A DNA stretch of 64,000 nt from Camelus ferus (lineage: Eukaryota). Within the stretch, counting starts at the first letter, position 1, and every line of letters starts with the position of its first letter. Both the position numbers and the translations under genes were made by a program. The DNA lies in assembly GCF_009834535.1 (NCBI RefSeq), contig NC_045705.1:8556001-8620000 (forward strand), given 5' to 3'. The notes under the pieces were generated by a model. That model saw only the letters and a list, made by a program, of their open reading frames with translations, ran no database searches and had not been told where the DNA came from. This document shows, piece by piece, positions 37,191 to 50,332 of this stretch.

Positions 37191-37929
37191 TTGGAATACA
37201 TTGTATTACTTTTCATTAATAATTTGCAACATAGAGGTTTTTATCCGTTTTTATCACTGTTTATGATGCAGAAAGGGTAACTCATATATTCAACACCTTA
37301 CAGCTGAGACACGGAAGAAGCAGACTGTGAACGAAGCTCAGATTCCAAAGCCTATGCATTTCTACTACACCACCCTTTAATAGACATGAACTGAACGCCA
37401 CCCACCCAGTTTCTTTCTTTCCAGTCTGTCACTCCCGATGGTCCCATGCCTCTTTTTTATGTACAAGTTGCCCCCCTGCCCCAACACAGAACTGCCCAAA
37501 CCAGCAGTCTTGGGCTTCAGATACTGTGCTAAGACCAAGGGGTTAACACTGATACTGTATTTTGAACATTTGATATAACATGGCATTTACCCATTCGTGT
37601 TATCTAACAAGTTACTTATTTTTCTTGCCTGGAGAGAAGTTCAATGCCTTCTTCAAAGGGTTGGATCAAACAGGTGAGCATCAAGTGGAAACATTTTGCC
37701 TCCTTTCCTGATGCTGTGGGATCTCTAAACAATGGGATGTTTGGAGAGCTTTTCTGAGACTAAGTGGAAACCTGGCTGGGCTGCCTTTGTGGTCCAGCTG
37801 CTGTGTTTTGTCTTTGTTCTGAAAGAAGAAAAGTAAACATCAAAAGCCTTGCCTGGGAGATAACGAACACCGTGGGAAGGGGGAACTCTCTGCCACCACC
37901 GCCGCCTCCGGTCACAGAGCCCGCCTGCT

Positions 37930-38480
37930 TCCCTGCGTCCGCGTCCCCGTCGCCATCATTCTCTCCACACCCTTTGCACGGACCACGACGGGAGCTCCAC
38001 ATTGTCTCCCCATCTCCGCTCCTGCTTCGTCTACCGCCAGCCTGTTTCCTATGCAGCAGAATGATATTTTTAAAATACAAATCCGAATGTGTGGCTCCTC
38101 TGGTTAGGCATGGTCACAGCTCCCCATTGCTTTCTGAATCATAGCCGCAATCTTTAACCAGAACTTTAAGGCACATCGTGGTCTGGTACCCTGAGGGCCT
38201 CCCAGCCTCATCTGGCCCCACCCATCCCTTTTTCTGCCCTGCAGCCATAGTAACAGAATTGACTCTTCCATGAAGATGCCAGACTATTCCCTCTGTCTGG
38301 AGATCTGTCCCCACTGCCAATCTCCCAGATAACCTAGCTTAAATGTTATTATCTCCACACAACGTTGTAAATCAATTATATGTCAATAAAAAGAAAAAGA
38401 AAAAATGTTATTACCTCTGAAGAAACTTTCCCAACTCCCCAAACTAAGCTAGGGAGCTCTCCAATAAACTCTCATAGAAT
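37930..38480. mobile_element. L2 fragment carrying a ~50-bp L1 3'-end micro-insertion (38352-38402)
   Basis: L2 motifs gcagcagaatgatatttttaaaatacaaatc. TSD aaatgttatta at 38341-38351 and 38403-38413. Confidence 0.65.
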
Positions 38481-39479
38481 CTCATATATCTCCCTCACGA
38501 TGACATATTAACAATTTCTGTGGTATTTCATTTGATGCCTCAGGACCACGCTTGCCCTGTTCTTGGCTAAATCCCTCAGGGCACAGCACAGTTCCTGGCA
38601 TCCAGAAGACCCTTCACATCTCTTTGTGGAAGAAATAAGTGAGCCAGGACTCCCCGTGAGGAAGGACTTGGCTTCCAGCCCTACTTCTGCCACTCACTGA
38701 GCTGTGTGATCTTCAGCGGACCATTTACCTTCTCTGGGCCTCGATGTCCTTATCTGTAAAACTGGGGTGATGACGACTGCTTTGCTTCGAGAGCTATTGA
38801 CAGAACCAAATGATAAGTGGAGCTTGAAGGGATTCAGGAGCTGTGAAACATCAGGAGGGGTCATGTATCACTGCTGCTTTACAATTGGGTTGGTTACTAG
38901 GGGAGTCAACAGCCTGGCACCCAGCTCTCAAGACTCCTAGGCTTCGTGGTTTCCAGAAAAGTTCTGAGTGGCCAGGGACCCACCAGTGCCCGTAACTTGT
39001 GGACTCTGGCCAGTGGGGGAGCGAGCTGGAAAAAGAGGTGTGGCAGCGAGTCGGGGTGCTTCCTGCCAAAGCAGAATCTTTGCCTAATTTCCCCAGAGAA
39101 CCCAGTGTCTGTGAGGAGATGAGGAAAGCCCCACTGGAAAGTCTCGTGCTCCTGTTTGGTGTCAGGATTCCGTCCTGGGGACGAGGCACTCCTAGAAGTC
39201 CCCCCTCACACCTCTCTCCTCACTGCTGCCAGCAACAGAGCTGCTCCTTATGACAAGCCACCAATTCTGTGACAGCCTGAGCCGAGCAATGATTTTCATA
39301 AGATTTTGTTGAAGTAAAAGGCTGAAGGATGAAAAGAGCAAGAACTAGGAATACAGCTAAGCTGACATCATAAGGGCCATCTAGACAGTTACAGATTGGG
39401 TCTGAGAGACAGTGCTAGTTGTTGCTTAAAGGAGGAAGGTGGGAAGACGGAGACTTGAACAAGAAAAAACCCAGCCATC

Positions 39480-40510
39480 TATTCGTCTGCTGTGTTCGCT
39501 TTCTATTGCTGTGTGACAAATCACCGCAAACCTAACAGCTAAAACAGTTTCCACTGAGCAGAAGCCCAGGTGTGGGGTAACCAATGTACCAGCCAGGCTT
39601 GGCCTCTCATCTGAGGCTCAGGGTCCTCCTGTAAGCTCATGTCTCAGAGAGGATGAAATTTTCCTCTACCTTCTAGGCTTTTCTGGGCGGTCTAAGAATT
39701 AAACTGACATGAGAATTAACAGGACAATATCAAACTAAAGTTTAATACCCTGTGTACATTGGAGAGCCCCCCCAAAAACTGAGTAACTCAGCAAAATGGC
39801 TGAAACCCTCGCCTTGAATATCATTTTCAGCTACAGACAAGAGGATGCTGGCAGTAGTGGTTTGGGACTTCAGAGGGGAGGAGGGTAAAGCACATGAAGA
39901 CAGAAAAGCAAATGTTTGGTAAATAAGTGTTTGCTGGGCCTTGCAGAGACAATGCAGCGTAGAGTAGACTCTGATCTCTGGGCCCTGCCTAGAGGTTCCC
40001 CGGCACGAGTAGCCCATGTCCTTTGCAGACAGCTCTGGTGATTGCTCTGTTCTGGGGACAGGCCCTCTGTCTAAATTCTTTAGGCAGCTGAGGGGGCAGG
40101 TCAGAGTTTCTTCCTGCATCTTTTAGGTCTTGATTTTTTTTTTCAGCTTGAAATAATCCACATGCCAACGAGACATCATGGAGTGGTAAATGTTGTTCCC
40201 CTACAGTAGAATCCAGCTCTTTGTAGCTGTAGAATGCATCCGTTTGTTTCTTTAAGGCCAGCAGGAAAGAATATGTTTCTGGCTTCTAGATCCTCTTTCA
40301 AGGGCTCACCTGATTAGGTCAGACCCACCCAGCAGGCTCTCTTATTTGATTAACTTAAAATCAACTGACTAAGGACTGCGAAACTCCTGTGTTTTACTAT
40401 AGTCTGTGGTTTCGAAGCAGGTTAGAGTTTCTTCCTACAACTCAAGGTGAGGGGATTACACAGCAGCGTGGACACCAGGGGTAAGAATCAACGGAGACCA
40501 TTTTAAAATC
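39480..40510 (-). mobile_element. MLT1-type LTR interrupted by an ERV1 LTR
   Basis: ctattgctgtgtgacaaatcacc...gctcacctgattaggtcagacccacccag. Confidence 0.75.
39640..40205 (-). mobile_element. ERV1-class solo LTR (MER31/MER39/MER4-group-like) nested in MLT1
   Basis: Minus strand starts tgtaggggaacaacatttaccactcc...ggcatgtggattatttcaagctg and ends in CA. Confidence 0.7.
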
Positions 40511-42074
40511 CTACCAACCACACCCTTCATTTGCTGAGCTTCCATGATGTATGTGTATGCGTGTGTGTGTGTGTGAGAGAGAGAGAGCAGAAATCGGCTT
40601 GCCCCAACTCACTTCAACTAACTCAGGGAAATTAGTTTTAAGGAAATAAGGATGTCTTGTGGACCAAGGGCAACGATGCGGCTTGGCCGGGAGAAGAACA
40701 GGAGTGGGGCTGTGGAATCCTGCAGGGAGAGCTGTGTCTCTGGGTGCATTGTCTTCATCACTGTCGCTCTCTGTGGACCAGCTTTATCTGATCTCCACTT
40801 ACACTCTGCAGTCCCTACCCCACGCGGTCTCAGGTAGAAAAAGCACCCCCCTCTCTCTCCCTCTCTCTCCCTCTGCTCCTCTCTAGTTCTGAATTCTCAG
40901 AGTAGGAGTCTTGGACCAGGGGCTCACCTTTAGTGCCGTCATCTCTGGTCACAATGGGGACGCATACTATGATCATAGCTGCCATGGTGACCAGGTAGAG
41001 GAGGAAGGATGGGCATTAATTCTCAGAGAAAGGGGCTGAAGTTTCTCAAAAGATGTCCACTGCCCCGTGGAAGGTGGAAGGGATGTCGTCAGTGGCCGGT
41101 ACGTGCTAGTCCACATCATCTTGGACGTGATATACCAGTGGAGGGAGCAGAACGGGCTGTGTTGAACGGTTAATGAGTTTCACGCGACGCTCCCATAACC
41201 ACAGCACTTAGAAGAAGGGCCATCCACTGACAGAAGAGGGTGCAGGTACAGGCGCAGAGGGCCCAAGTCAGAGACAAACACATCTTACAAAACCCTCCCT
41301 AGAAATGGCTCAGAATGTACATCCTTTAAGTGCAGAAAGCAAAAAAAGTTCTCAGTAACAAAAGCTCTAAAGGAGGAAGGGACTGTTCCAGTGCAGATTG
41401 TACGGCTCAAGTTCTGGTAAGAACAAAGTGAGACACAGACAGGTTAGCCCAGACGGGGCCAGGAGTTTAAACCCAGCCATGCTGCATAAGAGCTCTGATC
41501 AGCTCTTGGTCATGAGGGGTTGGTGTCAGAACACCTCGTGTGTCTTGTAGTCGGTTTATGTAAATGTGCGTGGTGGTGGGTAAGCTGGGTGTGGTTCTTA
41601 CCCCGGGGCGCATTACCATCAAGTCTTCCTATAGCCCCAAATTAAAGGATCGTTCCCCATGTTGTCATATTTGTGTAAATGTGTACACTTGCATTTGATG
41701 GTCACTACAGTTGATCGCAGGCAAGATTCTGAGGCTCAGAGGGGGCCAAACTAAGGAAATACATCCCCAGCCCCGTGCCTCTAAAGCCCTTAGTTTCAGG
41801 GAGGCTTATGTCTATCTGGGTGTTCTGCATGTTACAGAAACAGTCTCAAAAGGGCGGATTTGGTCTGGTTGGTGTTAAAGTCCCACTAAGTTGTGGGCCT
41901 CTTGGTGACAGGGGCCAAGGTCAAATCATCTCTGTATTGTGATGCCAGCACATATTACATCCTCAAGAAACGAAAAAGAAAGAGATTATTTATGGTTTTG
42001 GCCTCCTATAATCACTGTGACTATAAGCCGCTGTTGGTCCCGGTAGATCGTGACCCTCTAGGATTGCGCTACCC

Positions 42075-42240
42075 AGCAGGGTCACCACTTAGCCACACAT
42101 AGCTTTTTAAATGTAAACTGAAATTAATCCAAATTAAATAAAAATTTTAAATTCAGTTAAAAACTGCCACATTTCCCGTGCTTAAAAATCTCCCGGGGCA
42201 AGTGGTAGCAAATAGAACTTGCCCATCAGCACAGAAAGCT
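42075..42240. mobile_element. MER3/MER33-like hAT remnant (second copy ~44668-44825)
   Basis: tagccacacatagc...aattaaataaaaattttaaattcagtt; second copy ctgtctagtgcggtagccac...gctacagctgccatgttggatagc. Confidence 0.6.
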
Positions 42241-42464
42241 CTCCTGGCCAGCACCGCCCTTGAAGGAAGGGGCTCCGCCAGCGAACTCAGAGAATCCGCG
42301 TCAGGGTCACATACGCTGTGTTCAACAACCCTTTCTTGGGCTAGTTACTGAGACTCTCCTGGTAAGTCTCAGCCTAGTCTTCACTTGCGCCTGGAAGACC
42401 TCACTAAGTCTTATTCTGTGATCCTCCTAGACAAGAGGCAAATCTGTGTCTTGTCAGATTCTGG

Positions 42465-43325
42465 CTCTTACCTAACGCTGAACACAGAAATCAACTCAAA
42501 ATGGATTAAAGCCTTAAGCATAAGACTGTAAACTGCAACACTTCTAAAAGAAAGCATCTTCATGCCATTGGCAATGCCTTCATGGATATGATACCAAAAA
42601 CACAGGGAACAAAACCAAAAATAACACGTGGGTCCACATCAAACTAAAGTGTCTGCACAGCGAAGGAAATAACTGACAGATTGAAGGGCAACCTATGGAG
42701 CGGGAGAGAGGATTTGCAAATCATATACCTGGTTTGCAGCTATATATAGTCTATCAAGGGTTGATCTCCAAAATATATAAGGAACTCCTGCAACTCCATA
42801 GCGAAAAAAGAAAAAAAAAAAACCTAATAGCCCAATTTAAAACTGGCCTAGGGACTCGAATACACATTTCTCCAAAGAAGACATGCAAATGCCCAAAAGG
42901 TACATGAAAAAATGCTCAGAGTCACCAATCATCAGGGAAATGCAAATCGAAACCAAAATGAGATATCATTTCATACCTCTCTGGCTCTTATGGTGAAAAC
43001 AGAAGATAACAAGTGTCAAGGATGTGAAGAATTGTCACACTTGCTCACTGTTCCTGGGGATGCAAAACGGTGCACTGCTGTGAGAAACATTATAGAGGTC
43101 CCTCAAAAAAATTAAAAATAGAACTACCATATGATCTAGCAATCCCACTCGTGGGTATTTATCCAAAATAATTGAGACCAGTACTCAAAAGATCTATTAG
43201 CCTTCCTGTGCTCATTGCAGCCCTATTTACAATAGCCAAGACGTAGAAACAATCTAAATGTCCATCAACAAGTGAATAAATATGTATACATACAATAGAA
43301 TACTATTCAGTCTTTAAAAATAATT
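42465..43325 (+). mobile_element. L1M ORF2 3' fragment
   Basis: aatcaactcaaaatggattaaagcc; tagaactaccatatgatctagcaatcccact. Confidence 0.88.
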
Positions 43326-44219
43326 AGCTCAGGATGAGGTTTTATACAAATCTGAATGAAAAGCTTAACAGGAACACACATCCTCAAGGAAAAGAAAAGG
43401 CAAGGTGGTATTTGCTCACATCGCTTCAGGAATTTTTTCCCACATCCTGAAGAGTAACAGGTAAGTCTATAAAATTCAAAGGGAATCATTGCATTCAATT
43501 AGGGTTTGATATCTCTTCTCCACAGAGTTGCAGTCCCTTTGTCCCCCAGCTCCAGATGCGTTGCATCCCGAGGGGAAATCGTTGCTGTGAGTTCAGCGTT
43601 GGCTGTTCTGACTTGACCATGTACTGCATGATGAATTGATGCTGTCAGGGAGGCTGATACGTGAGGCGTTTTAAGCCACTAAGGTATGTGAACTAAATCC
43701 CCCAATTCATCTGTCAGGAACACCTGCCCGGGGACAGGGCTCTTTCTGCAGACTCTGGTGACAAATTTAAGTCAACAGACTCCTGTGCCTTATTTTAGAA
43801 AATGCCTCTATAGACAGCAAGAGAACTCAAATGGGGACGCGTCAATAGGCACTTCCGTTTGGGGAGATAGGAGGGGGATTACATTGTTCACCTGTGCAAG
43901 CTGACTTGTGTTTCTCCGGCATGGCCCTGTCACTGAACAAAACCCTCAGCACAGGTTGATGAATTAGACACAGGACCTACTGCTGAGTAATTCAGAGAGT
44001 CACAGGGAGAAGGATGTGTAACCCTGTTATGGTAGGTGCCACAAAGAGGCATGTGCAGAGGGTTACGGGACCGTAGAAGGAGTGACTAACCCCTCGTTCC
44101 TTCCAGACTCGGCTAGGGAGCCTTCCTCCCCCATCTCTGCACACCCCCGCTGTCTCTTCACTGCCCACATGATGTCGGTGTTGTCTGCTCATGGGGCTGT
44201 CTCCCCAGCGAAGCCTTAA

Positions 44220-44348
44220 GCTGGAGTTTCTCAACTTCAGTACTATTGACATTTGGGGCCAGATTAATGTTTGATGGAGGAAGGGGCTGTCTGGGGCACT
44301 GCAGAATGTCCAGCAGCATCCCTGGCTTCTACCCACTCCATGCCAGTA

Positions 44349-44391
<43 letters not shown>

Positions 44392-44447
44392 ATGACAATC
44401 AAAAATGACGCCTGGCAGCCAGATCGCCCCAGTTGAGAGCCCTGCTG
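44220..44447 (+). mobile_element. MER20 hAT-Charlie element with an internal (CA)n expansion
   Basis: tttctcaacttcagtactattgacatttggggcc...gcagcatccctggcttctacccact...cccagttgagagccctg. Confidence 0.8.
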
Positions 44448-45899
44448 TGAGTGCTAGCAGGCCAGCAGTGACATTACCTTCCTTCCTGAGCCCCGTGCCC
44501 TGGACCCTCCTGGCTCTGTGAGCCAGACAGAACTTTGCTTGCAGGGATGGGGAGAAGCCTTGTATTAAAGAAGTATCGGATTTGGGTTTTAAAGATAAAG
44601 AGGAATACTCAGCGCCAGCACTCTGCTGCCGAAGTGGCTGTGATAATTGAGCTGTTCCTTACCTGCCCTGTCTAGTGCGGTAGCCACTGCCACAGTGTGA
44701 CCTTTGAGCACTTGAAGTGTGGGACCTCCAAAATGAATTTTTAATTTCATTTCATTGTCATTACTTTAAATTTAAATTTCCAAAGCCGCATGTGGCTACA
44801 GCTGCCATGTTGGATAGCTCAGCTCTAAGCACTGGACGGCCTGCCCCACTGTAAGCACCACTCACCCAATGTGAGTTTGGGCTTGAATTGTTTCCCAGAG
44901 ATTCAGAGATATATGTACACTTGCAGTGTCTCTGACCATTACTCAAGCCTAAAGCGATATAGCAGGGTATAAAATGAACACTCATGTTTTACAGAGATGA
45001 TAGAAGCTGACCCACCCATCCTAAAGCAACCAGGGATCCCGTCTTCACGGGGCTTGAAGATAGATGCTGGTGGAATTCTCAGAATCACTTAATTCATTTA
45101 AAAGCAACCCATCTATACTTTGGCTCATTTATCCAAGTAACACATATTGAGAGCCTACTGCAATGCTCTCTCTGAGATCACAAAAAATACGCAGGGTGGT
45201 CAGAGAGAGAAACGTGTGCGCAACTAATTACAATACTTACAAGGAGAGCGGTGATGGAGTTCTGTGTGCGGGGCTGTGAGGACACAGAGAAGGGAGATCT
45301 GAGTGCCTGAGACGGAGAGAGAAATCTTGATAGTGGAGCCAATGCTGAGTCTTAAAGTTAGAGAGAGTTAGCTGAACCTACCCCAACAACAATGCAAAAA
45401 ATCTCCTAGGGGCTTGTTAAAAAAGAGTCTCAGGCTTCTTCCCCAGAAACTCCTGATGCAGAGCTTAGAGTTTTGCAAAAGTGCCCCTGACAAATGTAGG
45501 AAGCAGGTGTTAGGAGGATGGAGCCAAAAACTCCCACGTGCTGACAGAAACAATGCTCAGGTCCCCGTGATGCTCCTCGTATCTGACACGTATCAGTCTA
45601 TCACACCTGCCATGTCCTAAATGGCAGGAGTTTGAAAAACATACATTTTTCATGGTATCAAAACTATTTAGAAAAGTGGGAGGCTGAGGAAAATAAAAGA
45701 AAGATAGAGAAAATGAAAAGCACCCATACATAAGCCCACCATCCAGATCTAATTGTTGTCTAATATTTTTGATAAATATTTGGCTTGTAATTTTTGTTGT
45801 TAAACACACCGGCACACAGGATTTGAATAATACTGTACCTATTCTGCTTTTAAGAAAACTTACAATAATCTTAAATTAAAAGTAAAATTGAGAAGATGG

Positions 45900-47900
45900 T
45901 ACCAGGAGTCCCCACTTGACCGCACACCAGCTTTCCCTGTTACTGCTGTACACCGGCAAGTGTATCTGCCTCGGCCAGTGCTCTAATACTGACACGCTGT
46001 TGTTAACAAAGCTCCACACTTTATTCAGAGTTCCTCACTTACTGTCTAATGTTCTGTTGTTCCAGGATCAAATCCAGGACACTGTATTACACTTAGTTAT
46101 CGTGTTTCCTTAAGGCTCCTCTTGGCTATTACAGTATCTCAGACTTTTGTTTTGGGAGTTTTGGTGGGGGTGGTTCGGGGAGGGAGGCATAATTCAGTTT
46201 ATTTATTTACTTATAATGGAGGTACCGGGGATTGAACTCAGGACCTCATGCATGCCAAGCACGCACTCTACCCCTGAGCTATACCTACCCCACCTCAAAC
46301 TTTTCTTGTTTTTGATGACCTTGACAAGTTTTGAGGACTATTGGTCAATTTGTAGAATGTCCTTCAATTGGGATTTATCTGATGTTTTTCTCATTATCAG
46401 ACTGGGATCGAAACACACACAGATCCCCAGAACTGACAGTTGTTACCATTTTGTGACATTTGACTCATTTTTTAAAAAGGAATAGAATTGAAATTAGAGT
46501 CCCTTTATTCAGCCTGCCTATTTACTGCCTCACAGCCTCCCACTGCCCCTGCCTCATAGATGAAACTGTGTCTTAAATTTAGCGTGCAACCATCCACTTA
46601 TATTTTTCCCTTTTATATGTGTGGACACTCACACCTATATGACCGGGAAAATATGTGGTATTTTATGGTGTTATAAACTTTTTCCATGAATGGTATCATA
46701 TACGCATCATCCTGTAACTTGATTTTTTTCACTCGACATTGTTTTTGAAAACACATATGTAATGTGAGGTGATGGATGTGCTAATTAATTAAATGATGAG
46801 AATCCTTTCACAACGTATACACTTGACAAATCACCACGATGTACACTATAAACATCTTACAATTTTGTCAGTTACACCTCAATAAAGCTAAAAAGAAAGC
46901 ATTACTTTTGAGAACCTTTCATGTAGGTCTACAGAGAAGCTACCTAGCTTGCTCCTTTCTTTGAACTGCTGTATAGTATCTAGAGTTTGACTATAGAATA
47001 TTCTATCCATTCTCTTCCTTTATATGCGTGCAAGAGACTCGCTAAAGTATGCGCTTAGACATAGAATTGCTGGACGGCAGGGTATGGGCCCTCGGTATGA
47101 CATTACTACTTTGCACTCCAGAGACAATGTTTAACTTTATTTCCTTATGTTCTCAACAAAAATCAGTATTTGCAGACTTTCACATTTTTTCCAAGTTTAG
47201 GCAAGTGAAATTAAACTCATTAGTATTTCATTTTGAATTTTCTGGGTTACTGGGGAACTTGAGCATCATCTCATATATTTATCAACCATTTGGGACCCTT
47301 AACTGTGACTTGCTTGTTCATGTTTTTGCTCACTCTACTATTGGGTGGTGTTTGCTGTTGTCGTCCTAGTTGTTTTATTTACTTGGTAGATTTTTTTAAA
47401 AAATATATTTTGGGGATAATAATTTTTTCTTGTTGTATACACTGCAAAAGTATCGTTCTGCTCTGTTGTGTGTCTTTTAATGCCCCTATTTGTCATTCAG
47501 AAACTTACACTGTGACATGGTCAACATCAATCTTTTCCTGTATAATTTATGCTTTTTTATATGTTGCTTAAGAATATATGAAATATACTTCCGTACTGTA
47601 GTATCTTAAAAATTTTTCCCTATGTTTTCTTCTAGTTGTTACAATTTTTGTTTTTAGTGGTTAAGTTTTTAATCTGTAGGAAATTTCTTTTTGTTTTTCA
47701 TGTAAGATGGAAACCTAATTTTTCTTTCTGTAGGAAGCCCAGCCACCCAGTCCATTTGATTGAGCAGTTCGTCCTTTTCCTCTCAGATCTGTAAAGCCAG
47801 CTCTATTAAATGACAAGTGTCCATACATGCAGTGACCTGCTTTGGAATTTCTAGTCTGTGCAACTGATCTTTCCAAGGTTGAGCACCACCAGTCTACTCC
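45900..47900 (-). mobile_element. Cluster of old L1M fragments (minus strand), with a plus-strand L1 3' end at ~46745-46895
   Basis: gttccaggatcaaatccaggacac...gatgaccttgacaagttttgagg; tgtgaggtgatggatgtgctaatt...cctcaataaagct. Confidence 0.7.
46148..46291 (-). mobile_element. Vic-1-type SINE inside L1M
   Basis: Reverse tRNA-Ala-like body; TSD ctcagacttt/ctcaaacttt. Confidence 0.88.
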
Positions 47901-48645
47901 CACCCGCTCTCATATTGCAGATTGGGTGACTGAGTCTGAGAGAGGGGACGTTATCACATCCCACAGCTAAAACAGTTGGAACAAGAGTGCAAACGAAGAG
48001 TTTCTTAATCCATGATGCCTTCTGGGAGCTGACTGAGGTTGGCTATTCTCCCAGAATCTGCTGCACCACAGGGACTGCACAGGCAGAGGGCTCTGCTCGT
48101 ATGACAGTCCTCGTGTGCCCCCTGGTGGATTAAAGTGGTAAAGAGCCGCCACCTTGGGCATTACTTAATAGGTAAAAGGGTGAGGGGCGGTACAGACCTT
48201 TCGATTGCCTTATCAACATGCTGCATGGAGGTTCACACAAGCCAACTGTTAGCTGGTGGCACTTTGCAGCATCCTTGTACTTGGACGGAAGAAAACACCA
48301 CCTCAACACCAGAACACCACCACTCTGGAGTGGTATAGCACCTGGCCTCCAAAGACTTGCTATACAATTGTAACTTTAAGTCATATAAAGCACTCCCCCA
48401 CTTAAGAATTCTGGAGAAATATTTAAAATCTGATAGCACCTTTTATTAAGGCAGTAGGGTCTTGTGGCCCATCTCTAAGGCTTTGGAGTCAAACACACCC
48501 AAGGATAAATTTTAGCTCCACAATTATTACTCTTATAAACGTGGGTGAGCCACATGGCATCTTTAATCCTCAGTTTTACCATCTGTCAAATGGTCACCAG
48601 AGTGCCTAATTCATACCGTTGTTGCAAAGGTTAAATGTATAGGCA

Positions 48646-48735
48646 GGGGTTGGGAAATAGCTCACTGCTGGAGTACATGCTTAGCATGCATGAGGTCCCA
48701 GGTTCAATCCCCAGTACCTCCATTAAAAAAAAAAA
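48646..48735 (+). mobile_element. Vic-1-type SINE, short-tailed variant
   Basis: Diverged A box, ggttcaatcc B box, poly(A) directly after ctccatt. Confidence 0.85.
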
Positions 48736-49099
48736 TATGCAAAGTGCTTGGTACTGTGCCTGCGATGAATGCCTTAAACCCCCTCCACCCTCACGCCCAC
48801 AAATGGCTATCATTGCTATTACCGGAAGGGACCCACATTGGGTGCACTTTTGCCAGGCCTGGATGAAACTCTCAAACAGGAAAAGACCATGCTCAGTGCC
48901 CTCTTAAATGATCTCTGCTTTGGCGTCTGTTTCCCCTCACCCCGCGGAGAGAAGCTTCAGCTCTCCGCTCTCCCCTCCACTGCAGCCTGCCACATAATAT
49001 CTCCCCTGGACAAAGAATTTGGACCTCTGGTCTTTCCTGCATCAAAATATTTTTGCATGTCACCATAGTCTCATCTGTGGGGTTATTCTCATGTGAAAA

Positions 49100-49740
49100 G
49101 GCTAGAAAATGAGAAGAAACCAGAAACGAGAAGGAGAGATAGATTTCCTGAAGGTGGAGGAAATGACCAGTTGGGTCAAAGGCTGTGACAGGTCAGGTAA
49201 GACGAGGACTGAGAACTGAGAACCAGATTTAGCCAACCTGAGGTCATTGATCACTTTGACCAAAGCAGTTTTGCTGTCATGGTTCTGGTGAAATTCTGAG
49301 TGGAGTATGGAATTGGACACATCAGGTATCGACTTTTTGAGAACTTTTTCTGCAGAGAGGGGCAAAGAAATGGGGTGGTAGCTGGAGGGGGTAATGTCTC
49401 TTTTCTAATATGGGAGAGATGAGAGTGTATTCACAATGCTGATGCGAATAATCCAGCGTGGGGGGAAACTGATGGTGGAGGAGGAAGAAGGAAGAATTCC
49501 TACAGCAGCATCCTTGATAGGTCAGAGGGAGCGGGACTGGGTCCACCGGTGGAGAGCCCGCCCACTGGAGCTTAGATGCCGTTTCTTTATGATAACGAGG
49601 AGATGGGCAGGGTCTACGTGCACAGCTGCCTGGAGGCGGGTCGATGGGCTGGGCGCCCATGCAAGTCATCCTTCTGACGGCATCTGTCCTTTCTGTGCCA
49701 TAGGAAGCAAGGTCACTCATGAGAGTGGTTGCTACTAAAT
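49100..49740. mobile_element. L2 fragment
   Basis: gaggactgagaactgagaaccagatttagc...gaggtcattgatcactttgac. Confidence 0.65.
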
Positions 49741-49916
49741 GAAATAAAATTCCCTCGAGAACAAATGAAACGTCCATTTTTAGAAACATAACTCAAAGAG
49801 TGATGGTGACGTGATCTAGTGGGTAAAGAGCCTTTGCTGAAAACCCTGAAAGAATGAGGTTCACACGAAACAGCAACTGAAATTCAAGTCACATGTAGAC
49901 GATGCTCTGAATTTTC

Positions 49917-49922
49917 TTTATT
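49917..49922 (-). terminator. Probable PIWIL4 polyadenylation signal AATAAA
   Basis: tttatt on the plus strand, with a GU-rich downstream element (cagttgctgtttcgtgtg on the minus strand). Alternative ATTAAA at 50099-50104. Confidence 0.6.
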
Positions 49923-50164
49923 TTCTAACAACTATTTAAACCACTCAACAAAATGCTCTATAACATTATTCAGAAAAACTTCTGCAAAATTTAGGGTGGA
50001 AATTAGACCCCACTCACCTACCATCAAAACATCATGCAAACAGTTACTTTCTTAGAAGATATTTAGTTTTTTGGTATTACTTACAGGTGATGGTACATTT
50101 TAATTCCATAGACCAGAATGAGAATTTACCCCAAGGACATAACTCTAAAATAAAGCAATGTAGT

Positions 50165-50332
50165 GGGGAGGGTATAGCGCAGTGGTAGAGTGCATGCCTA
50201 GCATGTAGGAGGTCCTGGGTTCAATCCCCAGCACCTCCATTAAAGATAAATAAATAGAAACTTAATTACTTCCCCCCAGAAAATTAAATAAATAAATAAA
50301 TGTTTAAAAAATAAAATTAAATAAATAAAAAT
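50165..50332 (+). mobile_element. Vic-1-type SINE in the PIWIL4 3' UTR (antisense to the mRNA)
   Basis: Full body and tail. 16-bp TSD aaaataaag(c/t)aatgta (50147-50162, 50333-50348). Confidence 0.95.

Noticed and set aside
40950-41350. Processed pseudogene or hidden exon in a CpG-containing, coding-looking stretch
   Set aside because: Manual translation of several frames gave no recognisable protein and early stops.
43371-43466. Plus-strand exon of a PIWIL4 antisense lncRNA ending at CAG|GTAAGT (43461)
   Set aside because: Weak acceptor; an equally perfect donor occurs inside an L1 near 10955, so such matches are explainable by chance.
1-49800. AMOTL1 coding exons
   Set aside because: No translation resembles AMOTL1 as I recall it (e.g. 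LPTYEEAK, PPEY motifs, coiled coil); the gene is presumably beyond the left edge.
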